From the IMG/VR virus record IMGVR_UViG_3300027833_000016: a DNA stretch of 64,000 bases; one strand, written 5' to 3'. Below the pieces are notes generated by a model. It made no database searches. It saw nothing but the letters and a program-made list of their open reading frames with translations, and was not told the DNA's origin. The position numbers were made by a program, and so were the translations under genes. Shown piece by piece: positions 55,999 through 64,000 of the stretch. The stretch's first letter is position 1, and every line of letters starts with the position of its first letter. Source of the stretch: a virus.

Positions 55999-57977
55999 TG
56001 GCAACAACAATACACAGTTCTTCTTTAGACTTCACAGCGATAAAGAATAATTTAAAGACATACTTACAGCAACAGTCTGAGTTTAAAGACTACGACTTTG
56101 AAGCGGCAGGTCTTTCAAATATTCTTGATGTGTTGGCATACAACACGCACATGAATGGACTGACTGCCAACTTTGCCTTGAACGAATCGTTCTTGAATAC
56201 TGCACAGTTGAGATCCAGTGTTGTGTCACACGCAGAGACTTTGGGTTATGTTCCTGCGTCTAAGACTGCCGCACAAGGAACAGTCAACCTATCCTTCAAC
56301 ATTGGTATCGACCAAGAAGATGTACCTGAGAAATTACAGGTATCTTCTGGTTATAAGTTTACCTCTTCTGTTAACGATGCGTCATATACATTCCAAACTC
56401 AAGAGTTAATCGAAGCAACTAACGATGGCAATAACTTCTTTCAGTTTCAGACACTAGATGGATCCACAGAGATTCCTGTCTTCGAAGGTATTGCTAAGAC
56501 TAAGACATTCTTCGCAGGTGAAGATACCGAAGGTACGCTGTACATAATCCCAGATGTAAACATGGATCGATCTACTGCTGTAGTAAAGGTATACGAGAGT
56601 GCAACGTCTGGCGACTTTACCTCTTTCATTAACCTAGAGGTTGCGAACAACATTGACGTAACAACTCCTGCATATATCCTCAAGGAAGCACCTAATGGAT
56701 ACTATGAGTTGTCGTTCGGTAATGGTTCTACTTTAGGTGCAGTACCTACCGCAGGTTCCAAGGTCACAATAGAATACTTATCAGTAGATGGTTCTAATGC
56801 CAACGGTGCGAGATTATTTGAACCAGTTGATACTATCGAAGTAACCGAACCCACGAGTGGTATCGGTCTCGAACGATTACCTGTCGTATCTACTACTAAC
56901 CGATCAGTCGGTGGTTCTGCCAAAGAGTCACTCGCATCTATTCGTAAGAACTCTCCGTATCGATATGCCTCACAGAACAGAATGGTAACCCATGCTGACT
57001 ATGCTTCCTTAGTACTTCGTACATACGGTTCATTGATTGATGACATCATTGCATGGGGTGGAGAAGATAACCTAGTACCAGAGTATGGTATGGCATTCCT
57101 CTCTATCAAGTTCAAGTCAGACGTAACTGACAGTCTCAAAGAAGTAACTAAAGACAACATCCGTGTGTTGGTTGATCAATTGTCAATTGCCTCCTTTGGA
57201 TTGAAGTACACAGATCCAGTAGTAACTTTTATTGAAAACAATGTGTTCTTTCAATATAACCCAGATTACACTAACTTGTCAATCAATGCTTTACAGGAAT
57301 CTGTAAGAAACGTGATGACTAATTACTATACGACTAACACTGGTAAGTTCGGACAAGCATTCAGACGTTCGCAACTACTCGCATTGATTGATGACGTGAG
57401 TCCTGCTATCCTATCTTCTCGTGCAGATGTTAGTATGCAACAACGTTTCACCCCCTCTGGTGGCGTAGAAGGTAACTTCAGTTTTGACTTCCCGACTCCG
57501 ATATCTAATCCTCTGATTGATCAGAAGGTTATTAGGTCTTCGGTATTCAAAAAGACTACTGCCAAAGGATTATTGAACTGTCAAATAGTAAACAAAGAGA
57601 CAAAGAACATCGTAACAATTGATACGCTAACATCGAACGTAATTGTTGTTGGTAAAGTTAATACAGTTACTACTGCCGCACTTGGCGAGAACAATATAAC
57701 TACCACGTCCTCTAGTACTCAAGAAGTTCAACAAGGTCTAGTATTACAGATCATTGATACTGGTACAGGTGATGTTGTTGTAGATAACGTAGGATACTAT
57801 ATTCCCGGTGCAGGTATAGTGCATCTAGTAGGATTCAAAGCAGACGAATCTATTGAGATCAAGATTAGTGCTATACCTGCCAACCAGAGTGCGATAGTAC
57901 CAAATAGAGAATACATTCTCGAATACGATAACACTAGACTAAGTGCTAAAGGTCTGCGTACTACAGCGAGTAACTAA
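55998..57977 (+). CDS. 6: Baseplate wedge gp6
   Basis: LDF..IK.NL, DYDFE, LAYNTH, ESFL.TAQLRSS, QNR.VT..DY and WGGE motifs. Confidence 0.95.
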   Translation: MATTIHSSSLDFTAIKNNLKTYLQQQSEFKDYDFEAAGLSNILDVLAYNTHMNGLTANFALNESFLNTAQLRSSVVSHAETLGYVPASKTAAQGTVNLSFNIGIDQEDVPEKLQVSSGYKFTSSVNDASYTFQTQELIEATNDGNNFFQFQTLDGSTEIPVFEGIAKTKTFFAGEDTEGTLYIIPDVNMDRSTAVVKVYESATSGDFTSFINLEVANNIDVTTPAYILKEAPNGYYELSFGNGSTLGAVPTAGSKVTIEYLSVDGSNANGARLFEPVDTIEVTEPTSGIGLERLPVVSTTNRSVGGSAKESLASIRKNSPYRYASQNRMVTHADYASLVLRTYGSLIDDIIAWGGEDNLVPEYGMAFLSIKFKSDVTDSLKEVTKDNIRVLVDQLSIASFGLKYTDPVVTFIENNVFFQYNPDYTNLSINALQESVRNVMTNYYTTNTGKFGQAFRRSQLLALIDDVSPAILSSRADVSMQQRFTPSGGVEGNFSFDFPTPISNPLIDQKVIRSSVFKKTTAKGLLNCQIVNKETKNIVTIDTLTSNVIVVGKVNTVTTAALGENNITTTSSSTQEVQQGLVLQIIDTGTGDVVVDNVGYYIPGAGIVHLVGFKADESIEIKISAIPANQSAIVPNREYILEYDNTRLSAKGLRTTASN

Positions 57978-59128
57978 TGCCAAACCATACTATCTTAGAT
58001 AAAACATTAGTAGACACGAATAGACGTGACATCAATCTTCGGGAACCCCAAGTTGAGTCCGTCTTACCCGATCATATTCTAGCAGAGTATCCGAAGTTTG
58101 TCTCGTTTCTAAAACACTACTATGACTTTGAGTCACAGAATACATCCTTAACTCGTTTCTTAAACAATATGTTCGAGACGAGGGATGTTACACAGACTGA
58201 CAAAGATCTACTAAGTTATTTCGAAGACGAGTATCTATTAGGTCAGAACTACTTCAAAGGTTTCGTAGATAAGAGGACTGCTGTTAAGTACTCTAGTTAT
58301 CTCTACAGAACCAAGGGTACTAGATACTCTATACAACAATTCTTCAAGACATTCTTTGACATTGAACCAGATGTAGTGTATACTAAACAATATATATTTA
58401 CATTAAATGAATCAAAGGTAGGTGCAGAATCATCTAGATATATCACCGACAACAAATTATATCAAACCTTTGCTGTACAGATTAGATCAGAATTATCTAT
58501 CGCGCAGTGGAGAGATGCCTATAAGTTGATCGTGCATCCGGCAGGAATGTATCTTGGTGGACTTACACAGATCGTAGGTGCCGCAGGATTCGATAATGCT
58601 CAGTACGATCCGGGCGAAGCAATTAAACCACCAATCGTATTGGAAGGTCAGGCAGGATTCGAGAATCTGGCGTTCGAGCAGAACACCGCACTATTCGACT
58701 TTGGTATAACAAGTGACGCAGGTGCCGTATTGAAATTCAGAACTAGATTGGGTAGTAGCGCAGGTAAGGCACAAGATAGTGCAGATCTTGCACTAGGTAT
58801 TCCACGCGGTAATGATTGGTCAGATCTTGAGAATCTTACTGTCGATAACCTTGATAGAATGTATTCTAGTCTTGGTGAGTACCTCACTCCAGATAGTCCA
58901 ACGTTGGATGATGATAGTGATGGATCAACATTGTACAGTGGATTCGACTTATCTTCTAGCGAACTGATCGACCAAGAGACATTCACTTGGAACCCTGCTG
59001 TGACTAGGTTCGACTCTGCTAACTCTGCATTGCTAGTTACAGATACAATAAATAGAGGAGCAATACGCTCCGTAGGCGATTCTGATTCTGAGATATCTTT
59101 GCGTGAGATAATCAGAAGAGGGATGTAA
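57977..59128 (+). CDS. 7: Baseplate wedge gp7-like (short form)
   Basis: LP.....YPKF..FL..YY, Y..KGT..S and HPAG motifs. Confidence 0.75.
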   Translation: MPNHTILDKTLVDTNRRDINLREPQVESVLPDHILAEYPKFVSFLKHYYDFESQNTSLTRFLNNMFETRDVTQTDKDLLSYFEDEYLLGQNYFKGFVDKRTAVKYSSYLYRTKGTRYSIQQFFKTFFDIEPDVVYTKQYIFTLNESKVGAESSRYITDNKLYQTFAVQIRSELSIAQWRDAYKLIVHPAGMYLGGLTQIVGAAGFDNAQYDPGEAIKPPIVLEGQAGFENLAFEQNTALFDFGITSDAGAVLKFRTRLGSSAGKAQDSADLALGIPRGNDWSDLENLTVDNLDRMYSSLGEYLTPDSPTLDDDSDGSTLYSGFDLSSSELIDQETFTWNPAVTRFDSANSALLVTDTINRGAIRSVGDSDSEISLREIIRRGM

Positions 59129-59135
59129 ATAATAG

Positions 59136-59143
59136 TATAAATA
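59136..59143 (+). promoter_or_regulatory. T4 late promoter
   Basis: TATAAATA. Confidence 0.8.
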
Positions 59144-59168
59144 GAAGTAATAATATTCGGGAAGTAAG

Positions 59169-60188
59169 ATGACTAGACAAGTATTAAACAGAGGAACGAT
59201 TGCGAATGATGGCACAGGCGATACGCTTCGCGGTGCCGCATTAAAGATCGAACAGAACATTATCGAGATCTACAATAAGTTAGGTGACGGTGATGCACTG
59301 ACTCCTCTTATTGACTTCGATTCGGCAGGGATTATCTTTAAAGATTCCGCAGGTGGATCATTCTCGTCTCGAATTGGTGTTGTTGCTCCGACTGGTAATA
59401 ACCTAATCTATGTCCCGAATGCTTCGGGTCAGTTGGTTATGGATGCCGCAACTCAGACACTCACCAATAAGACTCTGACTAGTGCGGTTCTTACCACTCC
59501 TCAGATCAACGACACTAGTGCTAATCACCAGTATGTTGTTGCAGTAAGTGAACTTGCCGCAGACAGAACAGTCACACTCCCATTGTTGGGTGCCGCAGAT
59601 GAGTTTACATTCAATAGTCATACACAGACACTTGTTAACAAGACACTTACTGCTCCACGAATAGATAATATTCGTATGGGTGATGGTGATGGTATACTTG
59701 ATAGTGCAGGTAACGAACAACTATTATTTGTTGCAGACTCCTCTTCTCCAGTTAACTATCTTCGCATTACAAGTGGACGTACCAATGTTGCACCGATACT
59801 TAAAGCAGTAGGCGAATCTACTACTTCATTGTCATTGCAAGGATCTGGTAATGGTGCTGTACAAATTGACTCTAAACTTGTTCTTAAAACACAAAGTGTG
59901 GGTGGTGCAGGTGCGTTAAGTGTTAATGTTCCAGTATCAGTTATCGTGAATAATTCTGGTGCAACTTATACTCTACCTAATGGTACTCAGACTGGTGAAG
60001 TGAAGTATATAACCAACACAAAGAATGTTAATGCCGTTATCACACCAACATCATCTAACATTGGTGCAGTTTCTACTATAACATTGACACAAAATGACTC
60101 AGTAATGCTTATGTGGTTCACCAACCAATGGGCAATAATAAATACATATGGTGCGTCTACTGGATCCTCTGATCCGGCAGTTGCCTAA
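59169..60188 (+). CDS. gp9/gp10-like N-terminus fibre/connector protein
   Basis: G..ANDGTGDTLR....I..N..EIY; QTLTNKTLT repeats. Confidence 0.75.
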   Translation: MTRQVLNRGTIANDGTGDTLRGAALKIEQNIIEIYNKLGDGDALTPLIDFDSAGIIFKDSAGGSFSSRIGVVAPTGNNLIYVPNASGQLVMDAATQTLTNKTLTSAVLTTPQINDTSANHQYVVAVSELAADRTVTLPLLGAADEFTFNSHTQTLVNKTLTAPRIDNIRMGDGDGILDSAGNEQLLFVADSSSPVNYLRITSGRTNVAPILKAVGESTTSLSLQGSGNGAVQIDSKLVLKTQSVGGAGALSVNVPVSVIVNNSGATYTLPNGTQTGEVKYITNTKNVNAVITPTSSNIGAVSTITLTQNDSVMLMWFTNQWAIINTYGASTGSSDPAVA

Positions 60189-60211
60189 CAACATAAATTA
60201 GGAATAGATAA

Positions 60212-61582
60212 ATGCCAGTAGTAACCGATACATTTAAAAAACAAGTCTTGGACGATCTCCTTGCTGATCAAGTCAATGCGTCCATAAGATATTATGCCGC
60301 AATTGGTAGATCAGAAGACTGGAACGATTCGGATGTGGCAACTGTTCCTACGAATGATGCCGCAAGTGCGCGAGATGCTCGTGGTGGTTTCCAATCACTC
60401 AAACTTATTGAGGATGCTTCTTATGTTATTCCTCGTAGAATTTGGATTGCTAACCTGATCTACTCTGCCTATGATGACAATGATGTTGGGTTCCCAGTGA
60501 ATCCTTTCTATGCTATCAACGCTAACAACGAGATCTACATTTGTTTGGAGCAGGGTAAGAAGCAGGATGGTACATCTCAGTTGTCTACCATTCAACCTAC
60601 AGGTAATACTATTGGTACTCCTTTCCGTACTGCGGATGGATACACTTGGAAATTCCTATACTCTATTGGTGCATTGAGAGCAGACAAGTTCTTATCCTCT
60701 GCATATCAACCAGTACGGTATGTTGCCTCAACTGACTCAGACAGTCCTGCCGAAGATCTTCAACAAGAGATCGTACAGAACAATGCAATTCCGGGACAGA
60801 TCGTAGGATACGCAATCACCAATGGTGGTTCGGGTTATACTTCTACTCCTACAGTAAGCATTATCGGTAACGGTACTAACGCAAGAGCATATGCAGTTAA
60901 GTCTGGCGAAGTAATCATCGACATTAAAGTTGTAGCAGATAGTTCTGGCAACTCTAGTGCGTCTTACTTCGGTAAAGACTATGACTATGCTAACGTAGTT
61001 ATTACTGGTGGTGGTGGTACCTCGTGTACTGCACGTCCTATTATAGGACAACGTGATGGTATCGGTGCTAACCCAGTAATTGATCTTAAATCAAATGGTA
61101 TGATGTTTAATACAAAACCAGAAGGAATAGAAGGTGGTGACTTTGTTACAGGTGATGAGATCTTCCGTCAAGTATCACTCGTTCGTAATCCTCGTGTTGA
61201 CTCTGCAAATGGGACTCTTCTCACTTCTACCACCGCTAGGGTTTTAGACAAGATTCGATTCAACTCTGGTGCGTTCTTGAAGTCTACTGTACAGAAGTCT
61301 ACCATTAGTGGTGCGACCTCTGGTGCTACAGCAATTCTTGATGACACAAATGATTCGGATACTGTATGGTATCACCAGAACACAACAACAGGATTTACGC
61401 CTTTCGCAGTAGGAGAAACTGTGTCGGTAGTTGGTAATGCATCTATCACTGGAGTTATTGCCGCAAAGACTCAGGGCGAAGCAGATCCTTACTCTGGAGA
61501 TCTCCTATATATAGATAACCGATCACCAGTAACACGATCTACCGACCAAACCGAAGACTTGAAAATAGTAATCACTATCTAG
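60212..61582 (+). CDS. 8: Baseplate wedge gp8
   Basis: IGR...W, FY.......Y.CL, DGY.WKFLY, FRQV.L..NP and SG..LY.DNR....R...Q.ED.K motifs. Confidence 0.9.
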   Translation: MPVVTDTFKKQVLDDLLADQVNASIRYYAAIGRSEDWNDSDVATVPTNDAASARDARGGFQSLKLIEDASYVIPRRIWIANLIYSAYDDNDVGFPVNPFYAINANNEIYICLEQGKKQDGTSQLSTIQPTGNTIGTPFRTADGYTWKFLYSIGALRADKFLSSAYQPVRYVASTDSDSPAEDLQQEIVQNNAIPGQIVGYAITNGGSGYTSTPTVSIIGNGTNARAYAVKSGEVIIDIKVVADSSGNSSASYFGKDYDYANVVITGGGGTSCTARPIIGQRDGIGANPVIDLKSNGMMFNTKPEGIEGGDFVTGDEIFRQVSLVRNPRVDSANGTLLTSTTARVLDKIRFNSGAFLKSTVQKSTISGATSGATAILDDTNDSDTVWYHQNTTTGFTPFAVGETVSVVGNASITGVIAAKTQGEADPYSGDLLYIDNRSPVTRSTDQTEDLKIVITI

Positions 61583-61591
61583 GATTAAGAA

Positions 61592-64000
61592 ATGCCAAAT
61601 ACGTTTACAGAACAGACAATGAGATCGACCTATAAGGACGATTATAAAGATAGTGATAATTACTCACAGATCTTATTCAACGCAGGTCGTGCGCTTCAAG
61701 CGCGTGAACTTACGCAGATGCAGACTATCATCCAGAAAGAAATCCAACGGTTTGCTAATAATGTATACACCAAAGACGGTGTGGCAACTCAGACTGGTGG
61801 TATAACTGTTCAGAACTGGCAGTTTGCCAAGATCTCGAATGATGCGAACAACACGTTCGATACTACTGATAACCTTAACGGTGTTGTCCTTACTGGTTCG
61901 GTGTCTAGCATTAAGGTAAAGGTTTACCGTGCAGTCGCGGCAACTGGTACTGATCCAGATACAATCTACATTCAGTATCTAGAAGATCCTACTGCTCGTA
62001 GTCCTGCTACTACTTTCCTAGAACCTGCTCGTGTAACTCCGGGAGAAGTTCTTTCTAATGGATCGAACATCAACCTGACAGTACAGACTACTAACACAAC
62101 TGTAAACCCTGCTATTGGTACTGCGTGTGCGGTAGAAGTCGGTTCTTCTGAATTCTATGTTAAAGGACACTTTGTATTTGCACCAAAGCAAGAGTTGATC
62201 GTATCTAAGTATTCGGCAGATGCAACGGCAGACATTGGTTATAAGATTGTACAAGATGTTGTTACTGTATCAGATACAGACGCATTATACGATAACCAGA
62301 ATGCAACTCCTAACCGTTCAAGTCCCGGTGCTGATAGACTACGAATCAGACTTACTTTGGCAAAACGATCATCATTGGTCGCAGGTGAGACCTTCGTATA
62401 CTATGCTACTATGTTCCGTGGTGTTATGGAGAACGAAGTAACTCAGACAGAAAACTATGGTTTCCATGATCATGTCGCTACACGCGTCCGTGAGATTCAT
62501 GGTGACTTCATTACAAAATATTGGAAGATTGGTATTGCTCCAGACGCAAATAGTACAACCAACTTCATCATGCGAGTAGATCCGGGAACTGCATATATTG
62601 ACGGTCACCGTATTGCTACTAAGCAAACTCAAAGTCTTATTGTTCCTCGTGCTACTGATACTATTGTTCGTGAAGAAGATCAGGTTGGTGTTGACTACGG
62701 CAACTACTTCTACTTCAACGATGGTGTTGGTATGTTGGATATCGATGTCTGTGAAGCAGTTAACCTTTATAAAGGTACGGCAGGTCAAGACTCAGTAATT
62801 GGTACTGCTAACATTCGTGCAATCACCGAAGGTTCTTCGGGTACAAGAGTAGATGGAAACTCTTACGATAGCGTACCTGCATATAAGGCACACCTATTCA
62901 ACATTAACCGTACTAACTTTAACTGGTCACTTGCAGACGTTTCGTCTATCAAGTCTGTTGCAAACACTCATTATGTCAATACTGTTAAGACAACTAGTAG
63001 TGGCAATGCGATTAACAGTGCGGCACTACTTCACGAACCAAAGAAGAATGCTTTAATCTTTGATACGCCTTTGCGTAGACCAAAGAACTTCTCTGATGTC
63101 ACTATGACATTTATGAAGAAGTATAACTTCACTTCTAGTGGTACCACTCACTTGATTAATCTAACTGATGCAGGTGAATCATTCGTTCGTGCTAGTGATG
63201 TGATTGTCGCATCTACTACAGATTTTAATCCGAACGGTGTATCTGCCGCGATCTCTACCGCAGGTAATAAGAGAATAACTTTCTCTGGTCTTACTGGTAG
63301 TGTCGCATACGAAGTTATCGTATTCATTAAGAAGACTAATGCTACTGTTAAGTCCAAGACCCTAACGTCTGCGACTGTTACTGCCGCATTGGATTCTGAT
63401 GGTCAAGGTCGTTACTACTTAGATCTTGGTCAATCAGATGTCTATAGTGTTGAACGTATTCGTAAGACTGACTCCGATGGATCAGATCTCTTTACTAACT
63501 TCTTGTTTGATGCAGGTAACCGTACTACTCACCAAGCAGATGGTAAGTTAATCTGGTCTGGTGGTGGTCTTGATAGTTCTACAGATGGTCAAGTCTTTGC
63601 TCGATACAAGTACTTCGCAAACTCTACCGCAGGTTCATTCTTTGCAGTCAACTCTTATGATGGTCAGTTAGACTATCTTGATGTTCCTGCTCAGAGTCTA
63701 CCTACTGGTGGCAAGGTATCTTTGCGTGACGCAATCGACTTCCGTCCTTCAATGAACGGTTCTGGTGCGTTTAGTGCAACTGATGTGCCACCTTTACCAG
63801 TACCATCTGATACAATTATCGCAGATGCCGAATACTACTTGCCTCGTGCAGACCGTTTGGTTATCTCAGACAAGAGCGAACTACGTTATATTACTGGTTC
63901 ATCTTCTCTTAATCCTAAGTTCCCTGACATTCCAGTGGATTGTATTGATCTTTATAAGGTTAAGTTAGGGGCGAACACTCTACACACCCAAGATCTCAAA
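61592..64000 (+). CDS. VrlC-like (DUF4815) large virion structural protein, 3'-truncated
   Basis: Hand-translated MPNTFTEQ...YKDD...ILFNAGRALQARELTQMQ; PGADRL motif; appears to run off the window. Confidence 0.85.
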   Translation, partial: MPNTFTEQTMRSTYKDDYKDSDNYSQILFNAGRALQARELTQMQTIIQKEIQRFANNVYTKDGVATQTGGITVQNWQFAKISNDANNTFDTTDNLNGVVLTGSVSSIKVKVYRAVAATGTDPDTIYIQYLEDPTARSPATTFLEPARVTPGEVLSNGSNINLTVQTTNTTVNPAIGTACAVEVGSSEFYVKGHFVFAPKQELIVSKYSADATADIGYKIVQDVVTVSDTDALYDNQNATPNRSSPGADRLRIRLTLAKRSSLVAGETFVYYATMFRGVMENEVTQTENYGFHDHVATRVREIHGDFITKYWKIGIAPDANSTTNFIMRVDPGTAYIDGHRIATKQTQSLIVPRATDTIVREEDQVGVDYGNYFYFNDGVGMLDIDVCEAVNLYKGTAGQDSVIGTANIRAITEGSSGTRVDGNSYDSVPAYKAHLFNINRTNFNWSLADVSSIKSVANTHYVNTVKTTSSGNAINSAALLHEPKKNALIFDTPLRRPKNFSDVTMTFMKKYNFTSSGTTHLINLTDAGESFVRASDVIVASTTDFNPNGVSAAISTAGNKRITFSGLTGSVAYEVIVFIKKTNATVKSKTLTSATVTAALDSDGQGRYYLDLGQSDVYSVERIRKTDSDGSDLFTNFLFDAGNRTTHQADGKLIWSGGGLDSSTDGQVFARYKYFANSTAGSFFAVNSYDGQLDYLDVPAQSLPTGGKVSLRDAIDFRPSMNGSGAFSATDVPPLPVPSDTIIADAEYYLPRADRLVISDKSELRYITGSSSLNPKFPDIPVDCIDLYKVKLGANTLHTQDLK

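Noticed and set aside
62018-63968. Short ORFs listed at the window end
   Set aside because: They overlap the long VrlC-like frame starting at 61592, which the track omitted because it has no stop in the window
1-64000. Alternative genetic code or stop-codon reassignment
   Set aside because: Core genes are full length under code 11, and TAA, TAG and TGA all serve as stops

Overview
This window is part of a large T4-like myovirus genome (Straboviridae/Kyanoviridae-type gene set). It is probably marine, with a proteobacterial host (inference from iscA/iscU, phoH and sigma70-type promoters). 1-6.5 kb: late proteins with T4 capsid-targeting-like N-termini and repeated L/I/V-x-E protease-like sites (ligase-fold protein, HxGH nucleotidyltransferase polyprotein, DUF5824/DUF6321-like proteins). 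6.5-12.6 kb: conserved T4-like genes interrupted by modification enzymes (B12 radical SAM, glycosyltransferase, CxxCxxCC protein, asparagine-synthase-like protein, methyltransferase). 13-21 kb: nrdA-glutaredoxin fusion, nrdB, GIY-YIG nuclease, early small ORFs, phoH and endolysin. 21-34 kb: a large island of glycosyl-, carbamoyl- and methyltransferases, radical SAM and 2OG-Fe(II) enzymes, with groES, spanins and a nuclease. 34-42 kb: zeta-like kinase, iscA, PhyH, DenV-like protein, gp33, gp32 and iscU. 42-64 kb: tail/baseplate module (gp29, 51, 26, 54, 2, 4, 48, 53, 27-like, split gp5, 25, 6, 7, 9-like, 8, partial VrlC-like). Most notable: (i) a P2-type T TTT TTG -1 frameshift joining gp26 to a start-less gp51 directly upstream of the tape-measure gene; (ii) repeat-delimited modular internal-head polyproteins; (iii) phased tandem 19-bp boxes upstream of early promoters; (iv) strong avoidance of GCWGC, CCWGG, GGWCC and AGCY sites. 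All family calls come from motif recognition and synteny; no database search was run.
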